From assembly GCA_043745295.1 (NCBI GenBank), contig JAYTTN010000714.1, forward strand, positions 19,500 through 83,499: a stretch of DNA of 64,000 nt. The letters run 5' to 3'. A program made the translations under genes and the position numbers. Positions 36,801 through 44,927 of this stretch are shown here, one piece after another; within the stretch, counting starts at the first letter, position 1, and every line of letters starts with the position of its first letter. A model generated the notes under the pieces. That model made no database searches. It was not told where the DNA came from and saw only the letters and a program-made list of their open reading frames with translations. The DNA comes from Fimbriiglobus sp. (GTDB lineage: Bacteria; Planctomycetota; Planctomycetia; Gemmatales; Gemmataceae).

Positions 36801-36984
36801 ACGCCAGCGGGGAGTGGTCAACGCAGAGAATCCCATCGACCTTGAGGACATCGAACGCCCGGCGCAGCAGGTGGGCCTGCGGCGTCGAGGGGGTCATCTC
36901 GGCCTTGCTGGTGAACAGGTTGGGCGGGTTCCGCCCGTCGAGACCGAACTCCCTTCGCCAGTCCGCCGCCGGGGTCGCGGGCAT
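33868..36984 (-). CDS. Large N6-adenine DNA methyltransferase (type IIG/IIL / PglX-like architecture)
   Basis: IPIETISAIYERFL, GAFYTPRFL, motif I FFDPACGSGIFL (about nt 35917-35952) and motif IV GNPPWG (about nt 35560-35571). There is a roughly 300-aa N-terminal region and a roughly 500-aa C-terminal region that is probably the target-recognition domain. Confidence 0.85.
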   Translation of the reverse strand: MPATPAADWRREFGLDGRNPPNLFTSKAEMTPSTPQAHLLRRAFDVLKVDGILCVDHSPLAYFKLVKRITPEAVAELHRQFWNHGGASLLILVTDDRVHVYSGMTRPEPATVAATAPPSLVDSLARVAEGLKEFVVAIESGEFFHRHKRSFDPKQRVDRHLLDNLQLTRDRLDAATRKRIPAPVLNALLCRLVFTCYLFDREVIGDRYLSDLGVRGAADLRGLLGNPSPAAAKDGLYRLFEKLKEDFNGDLFSNDLAAEKELIHDQHIRTLDEFFQGMSVGGGQGVLFQLYDFKFIPIETISAIYERFLTASEEQKGAFYTPRFLAEVVLDTALDGTETLLGKRFFDPACGSGIFLVGLFNRIAEEWKQANPTARNDRKAKELMRLLQESLFGVDVSLTACRITAFSLYLAYLDQLTPPDIQALQERGRALPRLVVPQDEPHADQGQGNIREADFFAADGWFPKDVSLVIGNPPWGSIATGDTPAGQWCATHARPLPDKQIAAAFIWKAAEHVSAAGRVCFVLPHGVLFNHSSTALPFQKAWVRAHAIDRVLNLADFQRFLFEKAGHPALVVSYRQPPPADTAHRIEYWGPKADWTVTKAEVITIAPQDRTSLTVGALLQDLDGPDAPQLWKQRFWATPRDWRLLDRLTLYPRLRDVVRQPRERVSAKPWLMAEGFQPFGENDPEASRKRLKLPGRKFIPATSAALELILLERDCQTRQASDVDVRRLIQNTDIFRGPHVIVSKGFSSIAYADFDVSFQHALRGVSGPSGDRELLMFLAAYLRTPLARYFLFHTSSNWGISRQEVHVEEIMRLPFPLPEQQPDPKRSRQIVRDVAKIVDDAARSADADFVDRAGVVRAASAKIEPLIEEYFDIIPLEKSLIEDTVRVVIDSTRPTRAQKVVPTLTPATAAQQEAYRDRVCEMLNGWAKGGPFAVRGQVHGSGLLGVGVTVLEKVDRSRVNETMPDAGRSLVQILDAVRKAIPRKSATLDVVRGVMVFDSNRLYVVKPIGQRFWTQTAAMNDADEIAGTILMRSPKGGA

Positions 36985-36987
36985 GTC

Positions 36988-37230
36988 TCAGCCCCCCGCG
37001 GCCGGCGCGGCGGCCGGTTCAGATACGAGTTCGTAGGCCCAGTGGCGTGACCGGCGGACCGGCCGGATGGCGTAGCCGCGTTCGCGGAGCGCGGTGATAT
37101 CGCGGGCGACGGTCGGCACCGACACCCCGAGCTTCTCCGCCAGTGCGGGCGTCGAGTCGAGGCCGTCGCGCAGCAGGCGAACCAGCTCGTAGAGCCGCCG
37201 TTCGATCCCGAGTGCCTTTTCGTAGCGCAT
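36988..37230 (-). CDS. Small wHTH regulator (HTH_11/DeoR-like, as in the N-termini of WYL regulators)
   Basis: The start is taken as the ATG at 37230. MRYEKALGIERRLYELVRLLRDGLDSTPALAEKLGVSVPTVARDITALRERGYAI. It ends 3 nt before the MTase start. Confidence 0.6.
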   Translation of the reverse strand: MRYEKALGIERRLYELVRLLRDGLDSTPALAEKLGVSVPTVARDITALRERGYAIRPVRRSRHWAYELVSEPAAAPAAGG

Positions 37231-37441
37231 CACCGTCCCCTTCGCGGCAACCGTATCCCGGCGCGATAGAGTTGTCAATCGCCGTAGGGACGAATGTGCA
37301 GTACCACGCAAGGATTTCGCGCAGTTCAGTAGCGGCTGGGCCGATGGTAGCGATACCCTCGGACTGCCGGACCGCAGTAGCGGCTCGCACGAGGTGGACC
37401 CCATCCCCCTCCTTCCCCTGAATGCCTTCTTATCCACAGGA

Positions 37442-37521
37442 AGCGGTCGGCGACTACAGGTAAAGAAAATATATGTATAAATATATATGTTTGCGCGAAT
37501 AAGTTACCGTGGCCGACCGCT
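37442..37521. repeat. 10-bp perfect inverted repeat bracketing a 60-nt AT-rich core
   Basis: AGCGGTCGGC (37442-37451) and GCCGACCGCT (37512-37521). The core contains ATATATGT twice. Confidence 0.5.
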
Positions 37522-37971
37522 ACCGGGTTCTGGCCGATGCGTACATGGCGACCGCCCGCGAGACGAAGGCGAACGGCGAGGCCATGACGGCCCTAGTAGT
37601 CAGCCTGCATCACCCGGAGCGTCCGCGGGGCGCTGAAGGCCGAGGGCAAGCTCGGGGCGGTACACGTCCTGCCGGTCTGGCGGCCAGCCCACCTGGCCGA
37701 GGCCTTGAAGGGAGACGCGGCAAACTACGAGCCGGACGACCTTCTCCCCTTCCATCAGAACGCGCCTCGCCACCCAGCCTTGCGCTCGGCCCGGACGGTG
37801 ACGCGGGTGGCGGGGAAGCCTGCGGCCGCACCTCGGGGTCGTAATCACGACCCATTGCCATTCTGTGTTCCCCTATCACCTGAGTTGTGGTCCGCAGCGC
37901 CGACGACCGCGACAGACTCGCTGTACAAGAATTAATTGCAATGTACCGCACAACCTGTAGTATCGCATACT

Positions 37972-38295
37972 ATGATCAAGTTTGCTGTCTATATTATTTT
38001 CGTTATGTCATTTATCGCAACGCCGGCGCTCGCGTATGTTTGTGAGCTAGGATCGGGCTGCATAACGGTTGAAGTCGTGGCGACGGCCGGACACGACAAG
38101 GCGGATCATGGCGGGAGTAAAGCCATCGGCCACCGCTGCTGCTGCACTTCACACACCCAATACGGCGACTGCTCCGCGGCCCACCCGTCATCTCCTTCGT
38201 TGGCGATGACGAAACGCCGCTTGCCGCCCCACGCGGAAACGTCCCAGACGGCTTCCGCCCCCGACCCGCTTTTGGAGCCGCCCTCGCGCAGCTAA
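37972..38295 (+). CDS. CzcI-like small periplasmic protein
   Basis: Signal peptide MIKFAVYIIFVMSFIATPALA. It has a CELGSGC motif, a His/Cys-rich middle (GHRCCCTSH) and a Pro-rich end (DPLLEPPSRS). It lies directly upstream of czcC. Confidence 0.5.
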   Translation: MIKFAVYIIFVMSFIATPALAYVCELGSGCITVEVVATAGHDKADHGGSKAIGHRCCCTSHTQYGDCSAAHPSSPSLAMTKRRLPPHAETSQTASAPDPLLEPPSRS

Positions 38296-38392
38296 TCCGC
38301 CGCTAGCGGCGTTCGTGGCAAGCTCCCTCGCTAACCGAGGCGCGGGCCACTGCAATTCCCCATCCAGCAACATCACCTTTGTGAGTCAAAAT

Positions 38393-39739
38393 ATGATGCG
38401 TCTCATTGCGCACCTTCTGTGCGCAGCCGCCCTGTCGGGCACCGCCGCCGCCAACGACAAGATACTCCTCGCTGAAGTGAGCACCGATTCGCCACCCGTC
38501 GCACCGCCCGCCGCAGATCGCGGCCGCTCCGGGGGGGTGGCCGTCACCCTGGACGACGCCATCCTGGAGGCACTTGCCAACTCGCCGCGACTGCGGGCCG
38601 CCCAGGCGTCGGAGGAAGCACGCCGCGGAGAGCGGCGGCAGGCGGGTGCCCTCCCGAACCCCGAGGTGAGTTACAGCAAAGAAAATGTCCGGGCAGGCAG
38701 CGCCTACAAAGCTATCAGCCCGGCCCAGAACGTCTACGGTGTCTCCCAGCTCGTCGAAGTGGGCGGCAAGGTCGCGGCGCGGAAACACGTCGCCAACACG
38801 GGGGTCCAGATCGCCTGCCTGGAGTCCAAGGCGGCCGCCTTGGACATGGTGCGGGACATCACCATCGCCTACGCCGAGGCGGTGGCCGCGGAGGAGAATG
38901 TGGGCCTCGCCGCGGAGCAGAAATCCCTGGCCGAGGACGTCCTCAAGTCTGTCGGCGTCCGCGTCGATGCCGCCGCGTCGCCGCTGATCCAGAAGAGCCG
39001 CGCCGAAGTGGAGCGGACCGCCGCGGCCGTCGCGCTGGACTCCGCGAGACGGGAACGCACCATCACCCGCTCGGCCCTCGGGGCGCTGATGGCGCGGGGG
39101 GATGCGGCGTTCACGCTCGACAAGCGCGCCTTCTTCACACTCGCCAAGCGCGACACGCGGGCGGGGCCGGAGAGGCTCAAGGGCAATCCGGACGTGTTGA
39201 AGCTGAGCTCCTCGATCGAACGTTCGAAGGCCGTCCTGGATTTGGAACGGGCGAACGCCGTACCCGACCCGCGGCTCGTCGCGAGCCTCGTCGAAATCCC
39301 CAGTGCGAAGGACCGGGCACTCGTCGTCGGGGTGTCGCTGCCGATCCCGGTGTTCAACGCCAACCGGGGGAACATCGACCGGGCGCGGGGCGAACTGTCC
39401 CGGGCCGAGCAGGTCGGCCGCGACGCCGCGCTGTCGCTCGGGGCCGACCTGACGCGGGCGCAGCAGCAGATGGACAACGCCTACATGCAAGCGCAGGCGC
39501 TCAAGACCCAGATTCTCCCTTCGGCCCAGAAGGCGTTCTCGTTGGCCCGGGCGGGCTACGGGCAGGGCCGCTTCCCGTACCTCGAAGTGCTGGACGCGCA
39601 GCGCAGCCTGTTCGGCGCGAAGCAACAACAGATCGCGGCACTGAAGGCGTACCACACGGCGCGGGCCGTGTTGGAACGCCTCATCGCCCACCAGGCCGAA
39701 AGCCTAAATAAAGGAGTGTATCAGAATGAAAACTACTAG
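38393..39739 (+). CDS. czcC: Outer-membrane factor CzcC
   Basis: The signal peptide starts at the ATG at 38393. NSPRLRAAQASEEARRGERRQAGALPNPEV is typical of CzcC. Confidence 0.85.
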   Translation: MMRLIAHLLCAAALSGTAAANDKILLAEVSTDSPPVAPPAADRGRSGGVAVTLDDAILEALANSPRLRAAQASEEARRGERRQAGALPNPEVSYSKENVRAGSAYKAISPAQNVYGVSQLVEVGGKVAARKHVANTGVQIACLESKAAALDMVRDITIAYAEAVAAEENVGLAAEQKSLAEDVLKSVGVRVDAAASPLIQKSRAEVERTAAAVALDSARRERTITRSALGALMARGDAAFTLDKRAFFTLAKRDTRAGPERLKGNPDVLKLSSSIERSKAVLDLERANAVPDPRLVASLVEIPSAKDRALVVGVSLPIPVFNANRGNIDRARGELSRAEQVGRDAALSLGADLTRAQQQMDNAYMQAQALKTQILPSAQKAFSLARAGYGQGRFPYLEVLDAQRSLFGAKQQQIAALKAYHTARAVLERLIAHQAESLNKGVYQNENY

Positions 39740-40691
39740 CCCCCGCCTTTTACTCGTTCTCGCCCTGCCGCTCGCCGCGGCAAGTTACTGGTCGCTTGCT
39801 CCCCTGCCCGCCGAAACCGCCGGCAGTTCCCAAGAGGACGGGAAGAGGCACGCAGACGAGCATTCCCAAGCGTCGCCAGACAGCACCGAGATTGGCGCGG
39901 AGGCGGCCGAAGCCGCAGGCATCAAGACCGAGACGGCGGGCGAAGCGTCGATCAGCGAGACCGTGACGCTGACCGGCCGGGTCACGTTGAACCAGAACAC
40001 TCTGGCACAGGTGAAGGCCCGCTTCCCCGGCATCGTGCGCGAGGTGAAGCGGGGACAGGGCGAGATGGTCGCAGCCGGCGACGTGTTGGCAGTGGTCGAG
40101 AGCAACGACAGCTTGCAGCCCTACGCCGTGAAGTCGCCGGTCACCGGCGTCGTTCTAGCCCGCAACACCAACGTCGGAGATGTCGCGGGCGACACCCCCC
40201 TGTTTACCGTCGCCGACATCTCGGACGTGTGGGCGGAATTTCACGTATTCCCCCGCGATGTCGACAAGATCGCGGGGGGCCAGAAGGTTCGCGTCACCAG
40301 CTTCGAGGGCGGGCATAGCGGCGAGGCGACGATCGCCGTGGTCCTCCCCTTGGCGGAGTCCTCAAGCCAGACCGTCGTTGCCCGGGCCACGCTTCCCAAC
40401 CCGCACGGCGTGTGGCGGTCGGGGATGACCGTCCGGGGCGACGTGGTGATCGACGAGCGGCAGGTCCCGCTGGCGGTTAGAAACTCGGCCATCCAGCACA
40501 TGGAAGGCAAAACGGTCGTTTTCGTCCAGGACGGGGAGCGCTACGCCATGCGGCCGGTCACGATCGGAGCGGCCGACGGCCAGTGGTCCGAGGTACGGGA
40601 AGGCCTGCATGCGGGCGAGCGCTATGTCAGCTCTAACAGTTTCATCATCAAAGCGGACATCGGCAAGGCCGGCGCCGAGGACAAGGAGTAG
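39726..40691 (+). CDS. czcB: Membrane-fusion protein CzcB
   Basis: It overlaps the czcC stop. HlyD-type core (ARFPGIVREV...GDVLAVVES...SPVTGVV...). Confidence 0.85.
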   Translation: MKTTSPRLLLVLALPLAAASYWSLAPLPAETAGSSQEDGKRHADEHSQASPDSTEIGAEAAEAAGIKTETAGEASISETVTLTGRVTLNQNTLAQVKARFPGIVREVKRGQGEMVAAGDVLAVVESNDSLQPYAVKSPVTGVVLARNTNVGDVAGDTPLFTVADISDVWAEFHVFPRDVDKIAGGQKVRVTSFEGGHSGEATIAVVLPLAESSSQTVVARATLPNPHGVWRSGMTVRGDVVIDERQVPLAVRNSAIQHMEGKTVVFVQDGERYAMRPVTIGAADGQWSEVREGLHAGERYVSSNSFIIKADIGKAGAEDKE

Positions 40692-40696
40692 ACGGG

Positions 40697-43600
40697 ATGA
40701 TTCAGCGGATTCTAGGCTTCTCCCTCCACCACCGCTACCTGGTGGCGCTGCTCACCGCGGCCGTCGCGGCCTTCGGCGTTTACTCCCTCAAGAGCCTGCC
40801 GATCGACGCGGTGCCGGACATTACGAACGTGCAGGTGCAGATCAACACGACCGCCCCCTCCCTGTCTCCGGTGGAGATCGAGAAGCAGGTGACCTTCCCT
40901 GTGGAAACGGCCCTGGCCGGCATCCCGGGACTCGCGAACACCCGTTCGATTTCGCGTAACGGCTTCAGCCAAGTGACGGCCGTCTTCCGCGACGACGTGG
41001 ACATTTACTTCGCCCGCGCCCAGGTCAGTGAGCGGCTCTCCGAGGCGAAGGAGACGCTGCCCGCCGGGGCCGACCCGCGCATGGGCGCGATTTCGACCGG
41101 GCTGGGCGAGATTTACATGTGGACGGTGCGCTACGCCCGTCCGCAGGTCGAACCGGCGAAGGCGCTTGACGGGGAACCGGGCTGGCAGGGGGACGGCAGC
41201 TACCTGACGCCCGAAGGCCAACGCCTGCGCGGCAACCTGGAACTGGCCTCCTACTTACGCACCGTGCAGGACTGGGTCATCCGCCCGCAGCTCAAGGGCG
41301 TCGCGGGCGTCGCGGGCGTCGACGCGATCGGCGGCTACAAGCGGGAATACCACGTGCAGCCCTACCCCCAAAAGCTGGTGGCGCTCGGCCTGGGCTTCAA
41401 CGACGTAGTCGAGGGCCTGGAACGCAACAACCAGAGCCTCGGGGCGGGCTACATCGAGAAGGCCGGGGAAGCCTACGTCGTTCGCGCCGACGGGCGGATC
41501 AGCACCCCGGAGGAGATCGGCGACATCGTCGTCGCCACCCGCGCCGGCGTCCCGGTATACATGCGAGACATCGCCGAGGTCGGTATCGGCAAGGAACTCC
41601 GCACCGGCTCGGCCTCGCAGAATGGCCAGGAGGTCGTGGTCGGGACGGCGCTGATGCTGATCGGTGCCAACAGCCGCACGGTGTCGGAGGCGGTCGATGC
41701 CAAGCTGAAAGAGATCGTCAAATCACTGCCGCCCGGCATCGTGGTCGAGACGGTCCTCAACCGCACCACGCTGGTCAACCGCACCATCGGCACGGTCGAG
41801 AAGAACCTCACCGAAGGCGCGTTGCTCGTGATCGCCGTCCTTTTCCTGGTGCTGGGAAACATCCGCGCCGCCATGATTACCGCCCTGGTCATCCCGATCT
41901 CCATGCTGATGACCTTCATCGGCATGACCAAACTCGGCATCAGCGGCAACCTGATGAGCCTCGGCGCGCTCGACTTCGGGCTGATCGTCGACGGTGCGAT
42001 CATCGTAACTGAGAACTGCCTGCACCGGCTGTCGCACGCCCAGGCCCGTTATGGCCGGGTGCTCACGCTCAAGGAGCGCCTTCACGAGGTCATGGCCGCC
42101 GGCCGCGAGATCGTAAAGCCGATCGTGTTCGGCCAGGCGATCATCATCATGGTCTACGTGCCGATGCTCACCTTCACCGGCGTGGAAGGCAAGATGTTCG
42201 AGCCGATGGCGATCACCGTCATCCTCGCACTGGTGGCGGCCTTCGTACTGTCGATCACCTTCGTGCCGGCGATGATCGCGATCCTCGTCAAAGGCAGGGT
42301 CAGGGAGGGGGAGGGGGCCTTGATGGACAAGTCCAAACAGCTCTACCTGCCCTGGCTGGAACGGTCGCTGGCGCGGCCGCTGCTGACCGCCGGCATCGCC
42401 GCCGGCCTGGTCGCTCTGGCGGTCATTGCGTTCGGCTTCCTGGGACGCGAGTTCATCCCCACGCTTGACGAAAAAGACATCGCGATGCAGGCGCTGCGCA
42501 TCCCCAGCACGTCGCTGTCCGAGTCCCAGGCGATTCAGTTCGAGGTGGAAAAGGCGGTCAGCCGGTTTCCGGAAATCGCCTTCGCGTTCAGTAAGACCGG
42601 CACGGCGGAAATGGCCGCCGATCCCATGCCCGCCAACGCCAGCGACACGTTCATCATCCTCAAACCGCACGAGGAGTGGGCCGACCAGTCATTGGCCAAG
42701 CCCGAACTGATCCGGCGCATCGAGGCGGCGGTTCGCGCGGTCCCGGGCAGCAACTACGAGTTCACCCAGCCGATCCAGATGCGGTTCAACGAACTGATTG
42801 CGGGCGTCCGCGGCGATGTCGCGGTCAAGGTGTACGGGGACGATTTCGCAGCGATGGGGAAAACCGCACGATCCATTATGGAGGTGCTGCAAAGCGTCCC
42901 CGGCGCGGCCGATGTGAAGGTCGAACAGACCAGCGGCCTCCCGTTCCTGGAAATCCGCCTCGACCGTCCGGCCATTGCCCGCTACGGGCTGAACGTCGGC
43001 GTCGTACTCGACGTCGTGGCCATCGCGGTCGGTGGGCGTGAAGCGGGGCTGGTGTTTCAGGGCGACCGGCGCTTCGACATTCTGGTGCGCCTCCCCGACG
43101 GGCTACGCAGCGACCTGACCGCACTCGAAAACCTTCCCATCCTGTTACCTGCGGAGGGCGAGAACGGGTCCTCCCCCGCAACCCTGCCGCAGAGCCGCCC
43201 ACGCTACCTACCGCTTAAAGAGGTGGCGACGTTGCAACTCACTGAGGGCCCGAACCAGATCAGCCGCGAGAACGGCAAGCGGCGCATAGTGGTGCAGGCG
43301 AACGTCAGGGGCCGCGACATCGGCTCCTTCGTTGCCGAGGCCCAGGCCGCAACTGACGCGAAGGTCAAGCTGCCGGCCGGGTATTGGCTGGAATGGGGCG
43401 GGCAGTTCAAGAACCTGAAGGAAGCCAGCGACCGGCTCATGGTCGTGGTGCCCGCCTGCTTCTTCTTCATCTTCCTACTGCTCTTCGCCGCCCTCAACTC
43501 GGTCCGCCAGGCCCTGCTCGTCTTCAGCGGCATCCCGCTGGCGGTCGTAGGAGGCGTGTTCACCCTGCTGGTGATCGGCATGCCGTTCTCAATCTCGGCG

Positions 43601-43942
43601 GGTGTCGGCTTCATCGCGCTGTCTGGCATTTCGGTTCTGAACGGGCTGGTGATGGTCAACAGCATCAACCAGTTGGTGCTGGAAGGCGTGCCACCGGAGC
43701 GGGCGGTACGCGACGGCACCGTGAACCGCCTTCGGGCTATGATTATGGCGACCGTGGTGCCCTCGCTCGGCTACGTGCCGATGGCGCTCTCACACGGTGC
43801 GGGAGCGGAGGTGCAGAAGCCGCTCGCCATCGTGGTGATCGGCGGGCTGGTCACGGCCACCATTCTCACTTTGCTCGTGATCCCCGCGCTCTACCACCGT
43901 TTTTCCCTTGCCGACGAAGTAACCAGAGAGGACGACTTATGA
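40697..43942 (+). CDS. czcA: HME-RND pump CzcA
   Basis: LPIDAVPDITNVQVQINTTAPSLSPVEIEKQVTFPVE...GFSQVTAVFRDDVDIYFARAQVSERL closely resembles the CzcA N-terminus. Confidence 0.92.
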   Translation: MIQRILGFSLHHRYLVALLTAAVAAFGVYSLKSLPIDAVPDITNVQVQINTTAPSLSPVEIEKQVTFPVETALAGIPGLANTRSISRNGFSQVTAVFRDDVDIYFARAQVSERLSEAKETLPAGADPRMGAISTGLGEIYMWTVRYARPQVEPAKALDGEPGWQGDGSYLTPEGQRLRGNLELASYLRTVQDWVIRPQLKGVAGVAGVDAIGGYKREYHVQPYPQKLVALGLGFNDVVEGLERNNQSLGAGYIEKAGEAYVVRADGRISTPEEIGDIVVATRAGVPVYMRDIAEVGIGKELRTGSASQNGQEVVVGTALMLIGANSRTVSEAVDAKLKEIVKSLPPGIVVETVLNRTTLVNRTIGTVEKNLTEGALLVIAVLFLVLGNIRAAMITALVIPISMLMTFIGMTKLGISGNLMSLGALDFGLIVDGAIIVTENCLHRLSHAQARYGRVLTLKERLHEVMAAGREIVKPIVFGQAIIIMVYVPMLTFTGVEGKMFEPMAITVILALVAAFVLSITFVPAMIAILVKGRVREGEGALMDKSKQLYLPWLERSLARPLLTAGIAAGLVALAVIAFGFLGREFIPTLDEKDIAMQALRIPSTSLSESQAIQFEVEKAVSRFPEIAFAFSKTGTAEMAADPMPANASDTFIILKPHEEWADQSLAKPELIRRIEAAVRAVPGSNYEFTQPIQMRFNELIAGVRGDVAVKVYGDDFAAMGKTARSIMEVLQSVPGAADVKVEQTSGLPFLEIRLDRPAIARYGLNVGVVLDVVAIAVGGREAGLVFQGDRRFDILVRLPDGLRSDLTALENLPILLPAEGENGSSPATLPQSRPRYLPLKEVATLQLTEGPNQISRENGKRRIVVQANVRGRDIGSFVAEAQAATDAKVKLPAGYWLEWGGQFKNLKEASDRLMVVVPACFFFIFLLLFAALNSVRQALLVFSGIPLAVVGGVFTLLVIGMPFSISAGVGFIALSGISVLNGLVMVNSINQLVLEGVPPERAVRDGTVNRLRAMIMATVVPSLGYVPMALSHGAGAEVQKPLAIVVIGGLVTATILTLLVIPALYHRFSLADEVTREDDL

Positions 43943-44106
43943 CATTACGGACAGCGAGAATCGTTTCATGTTTGCTAACCGCGTGTGGCCCCACCTATCA
44001 CGAATCGCTCGATCAAAAGTTGCTCGGCAAGTCGCCGGACGAGCGCCGGGCGGTTTTGGCCAGGGAATGTGCCCGGCAGGCCGAAGGCCCTTCGCGCGTT
44101 TGCTGA
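43939..44106 (+). CDS. Possible 55-aa lipoprotein
   Basis: The ATG overlaps the czcA stop (ATGA). MTLRTARIVSCLLTACGPTYHE... has the lipobox LLTAC. Confidence 0.35.
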   Translation: MTLRTARIVSCLLTACGPTYHESLDQKLLGKSPDERRAVLARECARQAEGPSRVC

Positions 44107-44219
44107 ACTGATCTGACTCTGGTGCGCTACCGTCACCGCGGTGGGATGCGGAAGGGAAATGGGTGCGCGGGGTGCATCTTAAACATAGCCGATGCGTAGC
44201 AAATATGTTGCAGGCCGGT

Positions 44220-44630
44220 TTACTTTGCTACGTGCTCGAAGCCAGCACAAATTTCCATCAAGCGATCGATGTGCTCTTCAACGTAACGCTCGCTGGTAAA
44301 TGACACCTTGTTCTGTGCCTCCATCCTGCATTCGGGGATCAGTATTGCTTTGTTTGCGCCAGGCTCTACGAGGGCGTTGCAGATACGCTTCATGTTCGAT
44401 ATGTGATTTTTATTCTCTTGCTTCCATCGATTTATTCGGCGTGTGCCTATATCGTGACCTTGCCACGCCTCGCTTTCGCACTGCTCCACAAGAAATGCAT
44501 TTTGCGCCGCCACTGTCTTGCCTTGTAATTGTGGCCCTATTGGCCCATCGGAGCAGCCCACAATCGCGGACGCGCATACCATGAGGGCCAAAAGGCTCAC
44601 TGTTGAATTGCGGTACAATTTCACAACCAC
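44220..44630 (-). CDS. Lipoprotein, unknown function
   Basis: GTG start with GGAGG upstream. Lipobox AIVGC. By eye the GC content and codon choice are markedly lower than the flanks. Confidence 0.55.
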   Translation of the reverse strand: MVVKLYRNSTVSLLALMVCASAIVGCSDGPIGPQLQGKTVAAQNAFLVEQCESEAWQGHDIGTRRINRWKQENKNHISNMKRICNALVEPGANKAILIPECRMEAQNKVSFTSERYVEEHIDRLMEICAGFEHVAK

Positions 44631-44656
44631 TTCCTCCTAGAAGCGGCCCTCCGGTA

Positions 44657-44681
44657 ATGTGTAAAATTGGATTTTACACAT
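44657..44681. promoter_or_regulatory. AT-rich 11-bp perfect palindrome
   Basis: ATGTGTAAAAT-tgg-ATTTTACACAT, just upstream of the lipoprotein gene. Confidence 0.4.
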
Positions 44682-44927
44682 CAAAACGTCTGACCAGTCG
44701 CGTTATTAAAACACAAATGTATAAACATAAACGGAATTGCACAAGCTAAACTTTGTGACCGCCGTCCACCACCCGGCCGACCGGGTGGCCGGAGACTTCT
44801 ACGACGCCCTCCCGCTTGCGGACGGGTCCCCGCTCGACGAACCCAGAATCGAGTTGAGACCGCCTCGGGGAGGACTATGAACGGTGTCGAAGCTTATAGA
44901 CCACCGTTCGCACACACAGTCCTTCAA

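Noticed and set aside
37430-37438. A second perfect DnaA box, TTATCCACA
   Set aside because: It is a single isolated 9-mer with no iterons or initiator gene nearby. One or two chance occurrences are plausible in a 64-kb window read on both strands.
37509-37930. ORFs 37509..37844 (+), 37600..37848 (-) and 37610..37951 (-)
   Set aside because: Protein-like stretches switch frame (for example ...AMTALVVSLHHPE, then SVRGALKAEGKLGAVHVLPVW...). This suggests a decayed gene at an island junction. No family could be assigned.
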